From NCBI RefSeq assembly GCF_006345805.1, contig NC_042997.1, forward strand, positions 14,818,001 through 14,882,000: a stretch of 64,000 nt of DNA. Direction: 5' to 3'. Below the pieces are notes generated by a model, which worked only from the letters and a program-made list of their open reading frames with translations, was not told the origin of the DNA and did not search any database. This document shows positions 23,706 through 37,244 of this stretch, in pieces. Within the stretch, counting starts at the first letter, position 1. Each line of letters starts with the position of its first letter. Position numbers and translations under genes: made by a program. The DNA is from Octopus sinensis (lineage: Eukaryota).

Positions 23706-24158
23706 CTAGTACTTGTGGCGACATTCACCCTGGGCGGGTTCAGTCGGCTTCTTCTACCACCCTCAAGGCATCTCAAACCATGGCAGCCCACACTCGACGG
23801 TCCTGCACCAGTTCACTGGAGATAGCGAGCCAGTCACAGTTCCATTGGCTCAGGCCGACCACCTGCAGTCCCGTGAGCACAGAGAGGTCCTCCTTGATCG
23901 TCGTAACCCAGGTCTTCAGCTGCCCGCTCGCGCGTTTCTGCCAGTTGGGAAGTGGAGTTGGGAGAAAGACATCATGGCTCAGTTCACCCACCGGACACCT
24001 ACATGAATGGCCAAACCACCGCAAGCACCATTGCAGAAGGACAGATGGAAGGGGCCACAGAGACAGGCGGTGGGAACTCGATCCACCCAACGGCAGCGAA
24101 GAATGCACTGGAGGCAGTCATTGTCAAAGACTTCCAGCCTTCGTTGATCGACCACCCA
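23706..24158 (-). mobile_element. 5'-truncated RTE-clade LINE 3' end with 11-bp TSD
   Basis: CLRWFGH...LKTWVTTIKEDL...QDRRVW. caagta tail. TSD cttctactata at 23695-23705 and 24159-24169. GC-rich. Confidence 0.85.
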
Positions 24159-24949
24159 CTTCTACTATAGCTCCAGGCCAAACAAAAGACTTATGAATGG
24201 ATTTGGTAGACGGAAACTGAAAGAGGCTTGTTGTATATGTATGAATCTATGTGTGCATGCATGTGTGTATTTGTGTCTCATTGTCTTGATATCACATGAT
24301 AGTTGTAAAAATATGTCCAGCCATGGTGGAATGTTATCTTGCTTGGAAACAAGTGAGGGTTAGCAATAGGGAGGGCACCTGGCTATGGAAAATCTTAGTA
24401 AAAGAATTCCATCTATATGATCCATGCAAGCATGGAAAAGTGGATGTTGAGATGATAACAATGACTTTGATTTAGAGCAACTTAAAATCCGGTCAAAATT
24501 ACACTAGCATTTTTCTTTGAGAGAGATTATTCTTTAGACCAGTTCAAAACTAAATTTAACACAAAGCAGACTAACTTCTACTGACCTTTCTATATCTCTC
24601 CTCTCTATCTTCTATTCTAAATCTCATAGCCAAATTCTCTTACCTAAATATTATTTTTAATAAAATTAAAATTAAATTTACAACTGGTAACACCTCTCTA
24701 TATGCTGAGTTCAAATATTGCTCAATTTGACTTCATCTTTTAGCCTTCCAGGGTCAATAAAATAAGTATTGGTCAAATACTGGAATTAATATTGTTGAAT
24801 ATACTCTAAAAGATGCTGTCCTGGTAAAAGAATGGAATAATTTTTGTCATATTGACATGTGCTAAATATACCACATTTAATACTATCTCTGAAGCATATA
24901 TTTCTAGAATACAATGAGAGTAGTCACATCCTTGTACCTTGAGAGAATG

Positions 24950-25410
24950 CCCTGGCTCATTGCCATCATCTCTCTCTCTCTCTCTAACTGGGATGATCAC
25001 GTATCCCTTCTGCTGCAAGACACTTGTTTCTGTCCCTCTATCATAGTTCAACCTTTCATTACTTGGCACAAAGCCACCTCTTTCAATACCCCTTCCCTTC
25101 CCAATTGAGGGGACTTTGTCTTGCAAGTTATGTGGTGACTTCACTGGTGCTGGTACCACATAAAAAGCACCCAGTCTACTCTGTAAAGTGAATGGCATTA
25201 GGAAGGGCATCCAACCATAAAACCATGCCATAGCAGACTTCACTGGTGCCACATAAAAAGCACCCTGTACACTGTAAAGTGGTTGACATTAGAAAGGGCA
25301 TTCCACTGTAAAAACCATGCTAAAGCGGCTAATGGAACTTGGTGCAGTCCCCCAGACTTAGCTCCAGTTAAACCATTCAACCCATGCCAGTATGGAAGGC
25401 AGATGTTAAA
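24950..25410 (+). mobile_element. RTE 3'UTR copy, older subfamily
   Basis: cataaaaagcaccc units, ggaagggcatcc motif, ccatgccagtatggaagg tail. Confidence 0.7.
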
Positions 25411-26568
25411 TAATGTGAAAAAGAGCAGCTTTTTAGTTTTATTTCTATATGTTGTACAAATATTTTTAAACAGGTTTACATTTTTCCCCAGACTATCATA
25501 GTAGGGAAATGGTTTGAAAAATTTAATCATTAACTGCATCCTTTTTGAAAAAATAATTTTTTCTAACGTTCTTATTCAACTGTTTAAAAATCAAGTAATT
25601 TCTAAAATAAAATAAATTAAAAATAGAAATGCTCAGTTTTTATTATCACCTTTCCTCATATTCATCTATGATCTGTCAAAACTTCTATGTTCGATTGTAA
25701 ACATTTCTTTAAATTTAAACAAAAAATAAATGAAGACCATGACCTTTGCAGCCCTCAAAGACTACTGAGATTGAGGCGGTCAATGCTTAATTCTACTACT
25801 CCAAAATACTTTTTCAAAAACAAGCTACCAAATACAATCGAGAGCAAATAAGACAACATGAGAAAAAAAAAGTCTACATAAACTAGTGATGAGCTGTGTC
25901 AACAAAATTCATAAGGTAAATAGGTGTGCCATGAGAAGAAGTGAACTCTAACGTCTAGGGCAGGGCCTTTCTCAGAAACACAAACTTATCTGACAATAAG
26001 GTTATGATTACATGTGCAGGCTTTGATGAATTTGGGAAGCAATATTAATAGGGAAATTAAGAAACCTCATAAAAAAAAAGTGAAAAGGACAAAGTTGTTC
26101 AGTACAAAATCAAAATCTTCTTACACACCCCCTTCATAATTCATACAGAAATATTCAACTATAGGAATAGTTCAATCGTTCGTTTACTTTATTTGAAAAG
26201 CTACTGCAGCCTGCAGTATTTCTCCTGAAAACAATATGAAATGTAATTATTACCTGAGCGTTACAAGTCAGATTTAAAGGATGAGATTAAATTTAACAGT
26301 GAGGTGAGCCTTTAGGGTGTTCAAGACTCACTTTTCATAACATACAAAGCAAAACATACTCAGGTTTTGACTTAAAATGAAACAAGAATATTTATCCTTT
26401 GCTTCTAAAGATGCTATATTCATAATGAGTCACCTACAATTAAAACACCATTGAAATAATTATCTCACAAGAATATTTCTTACAAATAGTATATTTACCT
26501 TACAAGATTATGAAGCTATTTTCTCAGCAAGTAAATATTTCAATAGCTAAAAAGATCGATTTACTTAC

Positions 26569-26968
26569 CTAAAGTAAAATATTATTTCTACCCTCAAAAT
26601 TTGCACATATTAAGACAGTAAGGCTCCATTCTTATCCTAAAAATATTGGGCGAATTTGAAGAAAAATTGATAAACATAGTAGGTCCCATGTGCACATACC
26701 AGATGAAGCTTTTATTCTACAAGCAGACTGTCTCTGTTTTGTGCTAATCCAACAGCTACTATTATCTATCATAGCTGCTGCACTGAAGGAACTTTGCAAC
26801 AATGTCCCATTAAACGACAGTTCTTGGCGTAACACATGGATACAATTGAATCGCAACAACCAAATTTTCTGTTGACGTGCTCTGCTGTCTTCAGCTATTT
26901 ATCACTTTCACGACTATTGCTTCGTTCATTTTCCCACTCCCCTCTCTTGTACATTCCCCCTATCACCT
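26569..26968 (-). other. Possible non-coding 5'UTR exon with several uORFs
   Basis: Consensus donor AG|GTAAGT at 26569/26568 and possible acceptor gtcgtttttAG near 26968. All three frames close. Repeat-free. Confidence 0.3.
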
Positions 26969-27965
26969 AAAAACGACTACCCGCACAGTTAACACCGCCC
27001 TACCACACTTTATGGCCGGCAACAATTTCAAGTAGGAGATCAATAAACCTGATCTTATTTATATGTGCTTGTTTGTTTCTTTCTTTATTTATTTGTTTTC
27101 ACGTTTTATTTTTATTCATTTTCATTTTATATCCTTTTAGAGATGCCTAACAATGATTGGTTCGTTCTTTCTGTTGCAGAGCAATATTTAATAACAATAG
27201 GAAAATACCAAAATAATTAATTAGTTGTCTGCTAAAACACAAATACATTCATTTTTATATAAATATATATATATACATATATATACACTCATGCAATTAT
27301 ACATATTTGGTTTATTGACACGACACAGACAACTTCCTTTCTTTCACACCCTCTTCCTCAATCGAACGTGTCAGTTCATTATCGTACTATTTTCTTCTTT
27401 TTTTTTTTCTTCTTGTTTCTCATTGAAAATATATTCTTACTACGACCCAGTAAATTTATCAATGAATGTATGTCCGTCCATATGAAAAAGAATTAGCAAC
27501 TTAACTCGCTGCCAATATCCCCTACTGCAGTAAGAAATCATCAAATGAAACTGGTTGCAGCAATGGACTGAAAGAACGAAGGAAAAAACGAACGAAGTAA
27601 ACAGACAGGTTTCATCCTCGGATGGGTGCCAGTAAATGGATGGATGGATAGATAGATAGATAGATAGATAGATAAATGGGTGGATAGATGGATGGATGGA
27701 TAGACGAGTTAGATTTCTAGAACTTATGATATATCCTACAAACAGACCAGCAGAAAATAGAACTTGGTGGTATTATTATTATTTTATAACATGTACTGCA
27801 CACGTGCAAAATGAACTCTGTTAACGCGGATGTGGCAAGATTACAAACTGGTAGTAGAAATTACAAACCAACCACCAAACTAACAAATCTTTATTGATAC
27901 ACACATAAGATGACGATGTGTGGTATTGAATATACAACGGATAATTTCTCAAGAAATGGTTTAAA

Positions 27966-28008
<43 letters not shown>

Positions 28009-28259
28009 TAATAATAATAATAAAGTAGAGGGCAATAGGTTTGAATTTAATAATAGTAAAATTGTGATTTTCATAGAGTATGGGGAAGGAAAAAAAAAGA
28101 ATTAAATATAAACTAACAACAGATGGAATTGAAAAATAAGATGAAATAATAATCATGGGGTGATCAGCGTCTGCTTGTTAATAATTAAAAAGTCTGCTTT
28201 CAAATAAGTAATCTTGTGTGTGTATATATAATGTACATCCATCCTATAAACATATTAAT

Positions 28260-28351
28260 GTGTCTATGTGTATTCACAAACACAAACAGAACATACAGAA
28301 GCAAACATATACGATTGTGTATATTTATATGTGTGTATATGTACGCGTGTG

Positions 28352-28382
<31 letters not shown>

Positions 28383-28625
28383 ATGTGTGTGTGTGTGTAT
28401 ATATATATATATGTGTGTGTGTGTATATATATATGTGTGTGTGTGTATATATATATATATATGTGTGTGTGTGTATATATATATATGTGTGTGTGTGTGT
28501 ATATATGTGTGTGTGTGTGTGTACGTGTATATGTGTATACATATATGTATACACACGGTTACACACATAGAAATACATTACATACATACACATGTGTGTA
28601 TATATATATACAGACACACACACAG
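28260..28625. repeat. (TG)n/(TA)n compound microsatellite
   Basis: Directly visible. Source of several spurious ORFs. Confidence 0.95.
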
Positions 28626-28775
28626 AGAAGTTATATGGTTAATGTTTAACGTAAACGGAAAGAACGGGACGGCGTTAAAATAAGTTTAAATAATATGTAC
28701 ACGCATTGACGATATAAGTCGAAAATAGATATAAATAAATATATAAATGCCAGTTAGTAAAGTGTAACTTCTTAC

Positions 28776-29200
28776 CTCTGTGTCTATAACGAAGCACCAT
28801 TTGTGTCTAAGCAGTCGATGTGTCGACAATACTGAGCTGACACCAATTAGTAGCCGCAGATTAGAAAATACAAGGCTTCTCGATGTTCTTCTTATTGCTG
28901 TATGCCCAGTATATGAGTTTACAAAATGCTTCTGTCACCGTTAGTTTCTCGGTTAACAGGATATGCGATTTCTTCCCTTCCATAGGTTGCTTTTTCTTCT
29001 GTTTGTACTTTGCTTTGTTTGTGTTGGTGTTGTTATTGTTGTTGATGATGATGACGATGATGATGATGATGATGATGATGACGACGTTGGTGGAGGTGGG
29101 TGTGACGGTAGGTGTGATGGTTTGGTTGTTGCTGTTTATTGTTATTTGTTTATCTCCCTTCTAACACCTTCAGGAAGATGAAATGATCCATCAGTAAAGC
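28776..29200 (-). other. Possible first exon ending in ATG GTG CTT CGT TAT AGA CAC AGA G|GTAAG (MVLRYRHR)
   Basis: ATG at 28800 and a phase-1 donor. The 5' boundary is unknown. Confidence 0.3.
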
Positions 29201-29726
29201 TGCATTCACCAGTAAAAAAAAATGTTTAGGGTGATAGCAGTAACTGGGGGAAAAAAAAAATCACACACATACACCACGTGCGCACACACACCACGCGCAC
29301 ACATACACACACACACACATACACACACAAATAGTGAAAGAAAGAAAGTGTACAGAGAGAGAAAGATGAACGACCAAAGAGAGTGAAGCAGTTAGAAGTG
29401 AGATCTTAAGGGTTGAGCAGGGTCTGGAGCCCTATATCAATTTGTGTATCGAATGGTTGCCTATGCAGGGGCCCCAGTTCATTACTTTACCATGGGATTA
29501 TAATGGAGTTATGGTTGCCCTGGTTACCTGTAAATACACATGCATACATATCTATGTCTGTATGTAACCACGTGTGTGTGTGTGCACATGTCTTGCAGTT
29601 GTGTAAATTTATAGCTGCATATATGCATGTAATCATATATATATACATACACTCACACATACACTCACACATACACAAATACATATATACATACATGCAT
29701 ATATGTATGTATGTATGTATACTTAT

Positions 29727-30410
29727 ATCATCATTGCCATCATTTAATGTCTATTTTCCATGCTGGAATGGGTTGGACAGTTTGACGTGGAATGGCCAGG
29801 GCCCACACCAAGCTCCACTGTCTGTTTTGGCATGGTTTTTACAGCTGGATGCTCTTCCTAACACCAACCCCTTTACAGAGTGTACTGGGTGCTTTTTACA
29901 TGGCATAAGCACCAGCTTATGGTGGTGAACTGGCAGAAACGTTAGCACGCCGGGCGAAATGCTTAGCGGTATTTCATCTGCTGTTACGTTCTGTGTTCAA
30001 ATTCTGCCGAGGTTGACTTTGCCTTTCATCCTTTCGGTGTCGATTAAATAAGTTCTGGGGTCAATATAATCAACTTAATCCGTTTGTCTGTCTTTGTTTG
30101 TCCTCTGTGTTTAGTCCCTTATGGATAAGAAATAGGTATTTCATTTGCTGTTACATTCTGAGTTCAAATTTCGCCGAGGTCGACTTTGCCTTTCACCCTT
30201 TCGGAGTCGATTAATTAAGTACCAGTAGTGCACTGGGGTCGATATAATCGACTTAATCCGTTTGTCTGTCCTTGTTTGTCCCCTCTATGTTTAGCCCCTT
30301 GTGGGCAATAATGAAATAAGAAATATGCACCAGTGCTTTCTACATGGCACCGGCACTAGTGCCTTTTATGTGACACCAGCGCCAGTGCTTTTTATGTGGA
30401 ACCAGTACTG
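29727..30410 (-). mobile_element. RTE 3'UTR copy interrupted by a SINE dimer
   Basis: Tail at 29727-29920; internal acatggcacc units resume at 30324. Confidence 0.7.
29921..30323 (+). mobile_element. Head-to-tail dimer of the Meta-like SINE
   Basis: Two successive gccgaggtygactttgcctttcayccttt cores. The second unit lacks the first part of the head. Confidence 0.85.
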
Positions 30411-31024
30411 ATAGGGTTACCAAAATCCCCTTCAGTTGGGAGGAGGGGGTAGTAGGGTGAAAGTACTAATTGATGAGAGATTAGAGCTATAGAGGAGTAG
30501 GTGTTTTGGTGCAGATACATGAATACTCCAGCTGAAGAAGATAGGAAAGGCAAGTCAGAGAGTAAAATGAAAGAGAGGAGGCAAGACAGAGAATAAAATA
30601 AAAGGATCAATATTGGAAAAGATGGTGGTGAAGACATGTTGGGACATGCCCTCAAATGATTTTAAGGGTGGTGAGAATAAGTGGGGGGGGGATACAGAGG
30701 TTTGGACTCAATGGGCAGGCAGATTGGAGGTGATGAGACAAATGATGGAGCGAGATATTGGAGAGGCTCAGGGGCAGGGTTTGTGGTAGGTATGCGAGGA
30801 CATTGAGGATGATAGCAGAAAAGCGAGGTGTTAATGATGGAGAGCAATGCAGAGGAGAGAAGACACAGAAAAGAGGTGGTAGGTGGAGACAGTAGGCATG
30901 GGAAGATAATGGGTCCTGGAAGCAGTTCAAGGTGGGGAAGGAGGTAATTGAGAGAACAGAGGGATATAGTAAGTACCTATTCTGCTCCCAGATGATAGAG
31001 AAGTGATGGGTTTAGAGGATATTT

Positions 31025-31453
31025 TTCTTTATTAGCCACACAGGGCTGCACACAGACGGGACAAATTACAAGGTAGAGATTTTCTTTTGCGGGAGAAAAA
31101 AGGGGGGTAGGTTTTCAATCAAAAGGGATCATAAAAAGGAAAGAGAAAGAAGAAAGCAAAAAAAAAAAGAAAAAGAAAAAAATCTATCAATAGGGATCAT
31201 GTATCACAGAAATGTCATGATGTAAAGTGTGAAGGGGGAAGCAGATAAGGTTTATCCATGGAAAGAAAAGCCTACGGAAAAGACCACAGTAACTTCGGTC
31301 AATAATGTCACATGTTAACACGTTTGTTTGCAAGTAAGTAACCCTCTGTTTTAAATTATTCCGGGTTCATAGGATTATGCTCAAGGTGGCTTCGTCATTC
31401 ATACTTGCCATCCTTGCTACATTCACCCATCTTTTTTTGAAACATTCGCTAGA
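31025..31453 (-). mobile_element. Tx1 LINE 3' end (second subfamily)
   Basis: Matches 11290-11670 (ggaaagaaaagcctacggaaaagacc; tcataggattatgctcaaggtggc). Confidence 0.85.
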
Positions 31454-31554
31454 TGGGTTTAGAGGATAAAAGGTAGGATTGATGGGGACTTTTTACATGA
31501 TATAAGCAGAGCCCCTCACAGACAAGCATTAAATAAGCCTTAACAAAAATCATT

Positions 31555-31790
31555 TAGGATATCAATTCAGCTGTGGTGGACAGGTCTTCTTGAGTACAGC
31601 AAGGCACCAGATATTTTGGTCCTTGGTTATCTCCTTCATAAGGCTCAGTGTCATGAGTTCAGCCTTCAGTACTATGTCCCATGTCTTCCTGGGTCTCCCT
31701 CTTCCATGAGTTTCATTCACTTTAACTGATCGGCACTTCTTTATGCAGCTGTCCTCAATCATCCACATCACATGACCAGCCTTTTCCCTT
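31555..31790 (-). mobile_element. RTE ORF C-terminal fragment
   Basis: GHVMWM...GRGRPRKTWD...KDQNIWCLAVLKKT. Confidence 0.75.
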
Positions 31791-32219
31791 GCACACTGCT
31801 TCTAATTCCTCTTATGCATAACTTTTCTTTCAACACACTAGCACTCCGTCACTCACGTACACCGACATTGCACATCCAGCAGAATGCATTAGCCTCATTC
31901 CTCTCTAGTCTTCACACGTCCACTGCATTCAAGTTCCCATATCTCACTTCCTCATCGCCATCATTGTCATTGTCATTGTGTATATATATATATATATATA
32001 TATAAGAGCACTCCCTTTTCCATCACACACACACATATATATATATTTTATTTATATTAAGGGCATTACCATACATAAATGCCTCATGCTAGGAGGGACT
32101 CTTAAAGTCAAAACTACCATAATAAACAAGGGAATAATTAATAAATTTTTTCCTTATGATGTTTTCACACTAACCACTTGATAAATTCTTATAAAGCTTT
32201 TATCCTCTTTTTAAATTGT

Positions 32220-32250
<31 letters not shown>

Positions 32251-32378
32251 CAGGATGTCCCAAAAAAATGTATACACACCTTAAATAATTGTAAATTTGT
32301 TATTCTTTGTAAGCCTAGTACTTATTCTATCGTTCTCTTTTGCCGAACCACTATGTGTATACATCTTTTTGGGACAAC

Positions 32379-32381
<3 letters not shown>
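32251..32381. mobile_element. 131-bp Tc1/mariner MITE containing a SINE fragment
   Basis: TA|caggatgtcccaaaaaaatgtatacac ... gtgtatacatctttttgggacaacctg|TA. The interior 32300-32352 matches the CORE-SINE body. Confidence 0.8.
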
Positions 32382-32426
<45 letters not shown>

Positions 32427-33545
32427 GAATAATAAAAAGAAAGTTCTTGGTACAGTATAACAATTATGAAAAAAATGAGTAGAGATGGCTTTTGTGGGGG
32501 ATTATTTTTATTTTAATAATAATGGTGTTTGGTATGAGATTCAAGCTTTAAATAACTGGCTATTTGAAGCTTGAAAGTCATACCAGAGTCACCCACTGTA
32601 AAAATTATTATTAACATAAAAATTATCCCCCTAAAAATGCCATCTCTACTCATCTTTTCAAATGTATATATATAAACGCACATACCCACACACACACAAT
32701 CACACACACACACACACTCACAGACATATATATATAATATACATATGCATATATGTATAAATATAATTTATGTAGTCGAGCAGTATATCCTTGGTTATGG
32801 TATATAACTGGTTAGAAAGTTACCATTGGTTTCACGTCCACTATTGCACCTGGTAATATAGGTATTTCATCAAACCTACTGGCCTCTTTACTGTACTGTC
32901 TTGTTTGGTGGTGAAAAAGAATGAAATGAAAAACCCTTTCTGAGAGGGAAAGAAGAGTTACCTTCCCTTGAACAATTCCAGCTATGACAAAAACGGGTCA
33001 ATCTGTGTATGTTTTATTCCATTCTCTATTCTACAAACACAGAAGATCACACTTCCAAAATGAATTTTCTGTCATAAGGGTATCAGCTAAAAATTTCACT
33101 TTCCAAATTCAAGAAAGTACCTACATCATGTGATTTTTTTAGAATCATTGTCCTTTCAGCGAAGCAAAGTTTGCACCATCTACTTCCATTGAGGTATGAC
33201 CCAGGTTGTTCCAGCAGTTTCCAATTAATTTTTTATGGCATTCCCATCTTTTAAACGCCATATATAGCTGCCTAATGTTGTAACATTGCACCTCTTTGGG
33301 ATCCTACAAAGGACTTATGGTTATTTAACCTGGCCTTAAAGGAACCTTCTATTGCTCCAATATATCCCTATGTGTGTGTCCTTTCATTACTGCTACTGCT
33401 GCTGTTTTTGTTGAGACTGAATCTAAAATACGATTTCAGCTATACCTCTCTCAATAACTTCCGCAAATTAATTCATCAACTAGACACCTCCCTAATCACA
33501 CAGCCATGCTAGTACCTATTGTAGCTAACCTATACCTATATCTAT

Positions 33546-33790
33546 ACATCATCATCATCATCATTATCATCATCATCATTTTATGACTACTTTCTCTGCT
33601 GGTGTGAGCTGAATGGTCCAGGATCCAATAGATCAAAGGACTACACCTTACTCCAATGCCTCAGTCATTACATGGCTTTGATGGCTGAATGCCCTTCCTA
33701 ACACCAACCATTTTACTGAATGTCCTTAGTGCATTTTTCATAGCAACAGCTCTAAGGAGGTTGTCTCACCTTCTGCACAAGTAAAGCATT
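33546..33790 (-). mobile_element. Old RTE 3'UTR copy
   Basis: (cat)n followed by gaatgcccttcctaacacc. Confidence 0.6.
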
Positions 33791-35546
33791 CTTCCAAACT
33801 TGTGTTGAGTTTGCTCAGTATGCCAACCACTTTACAAATTGTATTGAGAGCCTTTTTTCACAACCATTGGAGATTGATACACTCCTCACAAACGCAGGTT
33901 TGTGAGATGGCTGTGATCTGTAAACAGTTTTGAGTGGGAACCAGAAAGAGAAGTATGAACATGCAATGTGCATGTATACACTGAATTCATAAAACAGAAG
34001 AGAAGAAGAAAAACACAATGCACATGTCAAAATAAAATGGAAGAGAAGAATAAAATAAGTTATTTGATGGTCTGCATGTCACATCTGACACCACTATCAT
34101 GCAGTTTTGCTGCAATTTTGTTGTTTATAGCATCAACACTAATGAGGTTACTTTGTAACTTCCAAAGCTGAAAGAGAAAATAGGGGAGAGAGTGATGGCA
34201 TTGAGAGAAATGATGGGAGAGATTAAAGTATGATGGGAGGAATAGACCTATTATGAGAAGGTGGCAGTGGGGTGAGTAATAGAGGAAACAGTGTTGTGGA
34301 AAGCAATGGAAAGGAAAGAGTCAATAGTTTATAAAAAAGAAAGCAGGGCAGTGATAAGGATGATGGGATGTGTTGAGCATGGAGAACCAGTGCTATCTTA
34401 TCTTATAAGAATAAATATAGCTGGTGGGATGAGTGGAAGTATGCATGAGAGAGGGAGATAGAGATGAGGATGAGAAAGAGCCAGAACAATGGGGTTGAGA
34501 GTCAGTGAAAGGAAAAGAGGTGGGGAGGATGTTGTGGAGGTAAAGCAGAGTGATCTGAGGGTGTTGAGATGGTGGGGAAGCTGTATGAAGAGAACAGTGA
34601 GAGAAAAAGAGGCAAGGAGTCAGGGAGTAGTGGACGAATGCAGTGAGAGAAATGAGATAAAGAATCATGAGGGTATCACAGAGATAGGGTGTGGAGAGCA
34701 GAGGATGAATGAACAATTAACTGTTTAGGCCAGCATCACAAACTGTTTAAAGTTTTGTCTACCATACTTGCTCTGAGTGCAAGTTTTCTCCAGTACAGCA
34801 TGTCACCAATTGTCAGAATCCTTTGTCATCTCTTTTGGGAGGGTCAGCATCTTGAGATCAGTTTTCATTTCATTGTCCTATGTCTTTCTAGGTCCTCTTT
34901 TTATGCAGCTTTGATCATTCATATGCATGACATGCCCAACCCAACATTAGTTTTCTCTCTTACATCATCATCTGATTTCTATTGCACACAGTTCTTCTCA
35001 CAATTCATTTGTACCCCATCTTTTTTCTCAAGTCTTCTCAAGTCTTCTACATCCAAAACCCATTTCTCTTTCCTATTACCATATAGTATCACACTTTACA
35101 GACAAGCATTAGGCAATCTGTCCTTCTGTAGAAGAAGCTCTTTATAGACAGCAGAGGTAGCAGCTCTCTGAATTTTTACCAACCTGATTTTATTCTAGCC
35201 ATGCTTTCAAAGCACTCCCCACCCAACCACTGCCATTGCTCATTAGATCACTTAGCTAACAAAAACTATTAATTACTTCTAGGAAGCCTTCGGAGCAGTT
35301 CAGAGAATTTATTTCCAGTGTGCTGTCTGTGTTTAATATTCCCATGCATGTTATGTATGAAGGTTATTTTCCAATTAGCTGCAATCTGACAACAATAATA
35401 GTAGTAGTTTACACAGGACACACTGTATAGAATTTCAACTACCTATTCCATTTCTGCATGCCAAGCACAGTGATTGCCATGAGACATTAAAGTTTTGTCT
35501 TCTTTTCTACTTAGCACATCTTTAGACTTGGTTAATATTACTTTAA

Positions 35547-36076
35547 CCCTTTAGCATTTAAAGTGGCCTAGAGTCTCCGGCTCACAATCATGAGGTAGTG
35601 AGTTTGGTTCCCGGACAGGGCTGTGTGTTGTGTTCTTGAGCAAGACACTTTATTTCACATTGCTCCAGTTGACTCAGCTGCAGAAATGAGTTGCGACACC
35701 ATTGGTGCCAAGCTGTATCAGCCTTTGCCTTTCTTTTGGATAACATTGGTGGCATAGAAAGGGGAAGCTGGTATGCATGGGCAACTGCCGGTCTTCCATA
35801 AACAACCTTGTGCCTCAGAGTGTAACTTTCTAGGTGCAATCCCTAAACCATTCATGACCAAAGGGGGTCTTTACTCTTTTTATCCGGCCCAAATATTCAA
35901 CCTGTTTTATGCTCAAACTGTCTAGATCTGGCCTTCACATCTACCCGACATTATCAATTTACAAATAAACACTCACATCATCGACATCTCAAAGCAATGA
36001 AATAATGCATGATTAATTCAAAATTATGTTAATACATAAGCCTTACATTTGACAGAGTAATCTGAATGTTACAGGG
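35547..36076. mobile_element. piggyBac-type MITE with nested SINE
   Basis: TTAA|ccctttagcatt ... aatgttacaggg|TTAA. Confidence 0.8.
35569..35880 (+). mobile_element. CORE SINE with alternative 3' half
   Basis: Head and gagcaagacactttatttcac block, then gcctttgcctt...ggtgcaatccc tail. Second copy at 51665-52005. Confidence 0.8.
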
Positions 36077-36189
36077 TTAAAGACCTTCAATTCCAGTTTT
36101 GCTTCCATGTCTGAAATTTCTCCTCCAATTCTAACAGATTCTGCTATAAGAATTTAATCATCAGTATACAGAAGTTCCCACAGTGTTAA

Positions 36190-36410
36190 CCCTTTTGTTA
36201 CCAACCCAGCCAAAACCGGTTCAGGCTCTGTAATACAAATGTCTTGTTTTCAGAAGTTCTGAATTAAAATCTTCCACCAAACCTTAGTCACCATTTATGT
36301 TCCTAACACTAGCTTAATGATAACTAAGTTATTTTACTAAATTCTTTGTTATATTTAAAGTAATTGAAAGAAACACAGAGCATATCAACATAAATATGGT
36401 AACAAAAGGG
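36190..36410. mobile_element. 221-bp piggyBac-type MITE
   Basis: TTAA|cccttttgttacca ... tggtaacaaaaggg|TTAA. Confidence 0.9.
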
Positions 36411-36839
36411 TTAAACTCCTGTTATGGCATGAAGGACTATAATAAACAACAGAGGGTTGAGGACTGTACCCTGTGGGACCCACACAATCATGCTAAATTC
36501 CTTTGAACCACCAGAAGACAGAATGAAGAACACTGTCAAAAAAGCTTTCTCAAAATTTACAAATGCTAGACATAGAGGCTTACTCTAAGCTAAATGCTTC
36601 CCTCACTGTTGTCTGACTAAGAAAATGGCATTGGTAGGTGGTACCTATTCCTGGCACAAAGCCAAACTGCATCACATCTAGGCTAATCCTGTTCCTAATC
36701 AATTTTGCAATAGCTCTAACTTTCATGACCTGGTTCAACAATTTGATACATCTGTAGTTTCCTTTCTCTCCTGCATTCCCTCCTAAGAGTTTGCAATGAA
36801 GCTGCTACACCAGTCATTGGGTATGAGACCTTTTATTAT

Positions 36840-36941
36840 CTGTTGTGTGTGTGTGTTTGTGTACACACGAACACACACACACACACACATAAATGTATAT
36901 GTGTTAGATATACATATATGTTTATATAAACATATAAATAT

Positions 36942-36995
<54 letters not shown>

Positions 36996-37185
36996 TATAT
37001 ATATACATACACATATATTTACACACACATACAAACGCATATATATTCATATTTATACATATACATACATAAATATATATATATATATATGTGTGTGTAT
37101 ATATATACAAATATATATATATATACATATACACACTCACACACATGCACACACACACACACACACATACATACATACATACATA

Positions 37186-37228
<43 letters not shown>

Positions 37229-37230
37229 AG
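36840..37230. repeat. (TA)/(CA)/(CATA) microsatellite complex
   Basis: Directly visible. Confidence 0.95.
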
Positions 37231-37244
37231 ACCGGTAGCCACTA

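Larger units (their letters stand above)
23272..24465 (+). mobile_element. Host SINE carrying two nested insertions
   Basis: Head at 23272-23320 resumes at about 23648 and again at 24170. Ends in an RTE-like catgcaagcatggaaaagtggatg tail. Confidence 0.7.
26860..29300. promoter_or_regulatory. CpG-richer, transposon-poor region, candidate promoter / 5' end of the minus-strand transcript
   Basis: Visibly more CpG than the flanks and no interspersed repeats recognised. Minus-strand donor AG|GTAAG at 28776/28775. Confidence 0.3.

Noticed and set aside
28200-28683. Long Y/I/C/V/H/T-rich ORFs (also 10798, 36796-37327, 55984)
   Set aside because: Artefacts of (TA)n/(TG)n microsatellites.
28963-29181. 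Plus-strand ORF with a poly-Asp run
   Set aside because: (GAT)n microsatellite in a probable UTR.
30410-31020. Strongly purine-skewed, G-rich tracts (also 34170-34720; pyrimidine tract at 48110-48350)
   Set aside because: Degenerate low-complexity or old repeat sequence; no regular G4 motif or ORF that can be supported.
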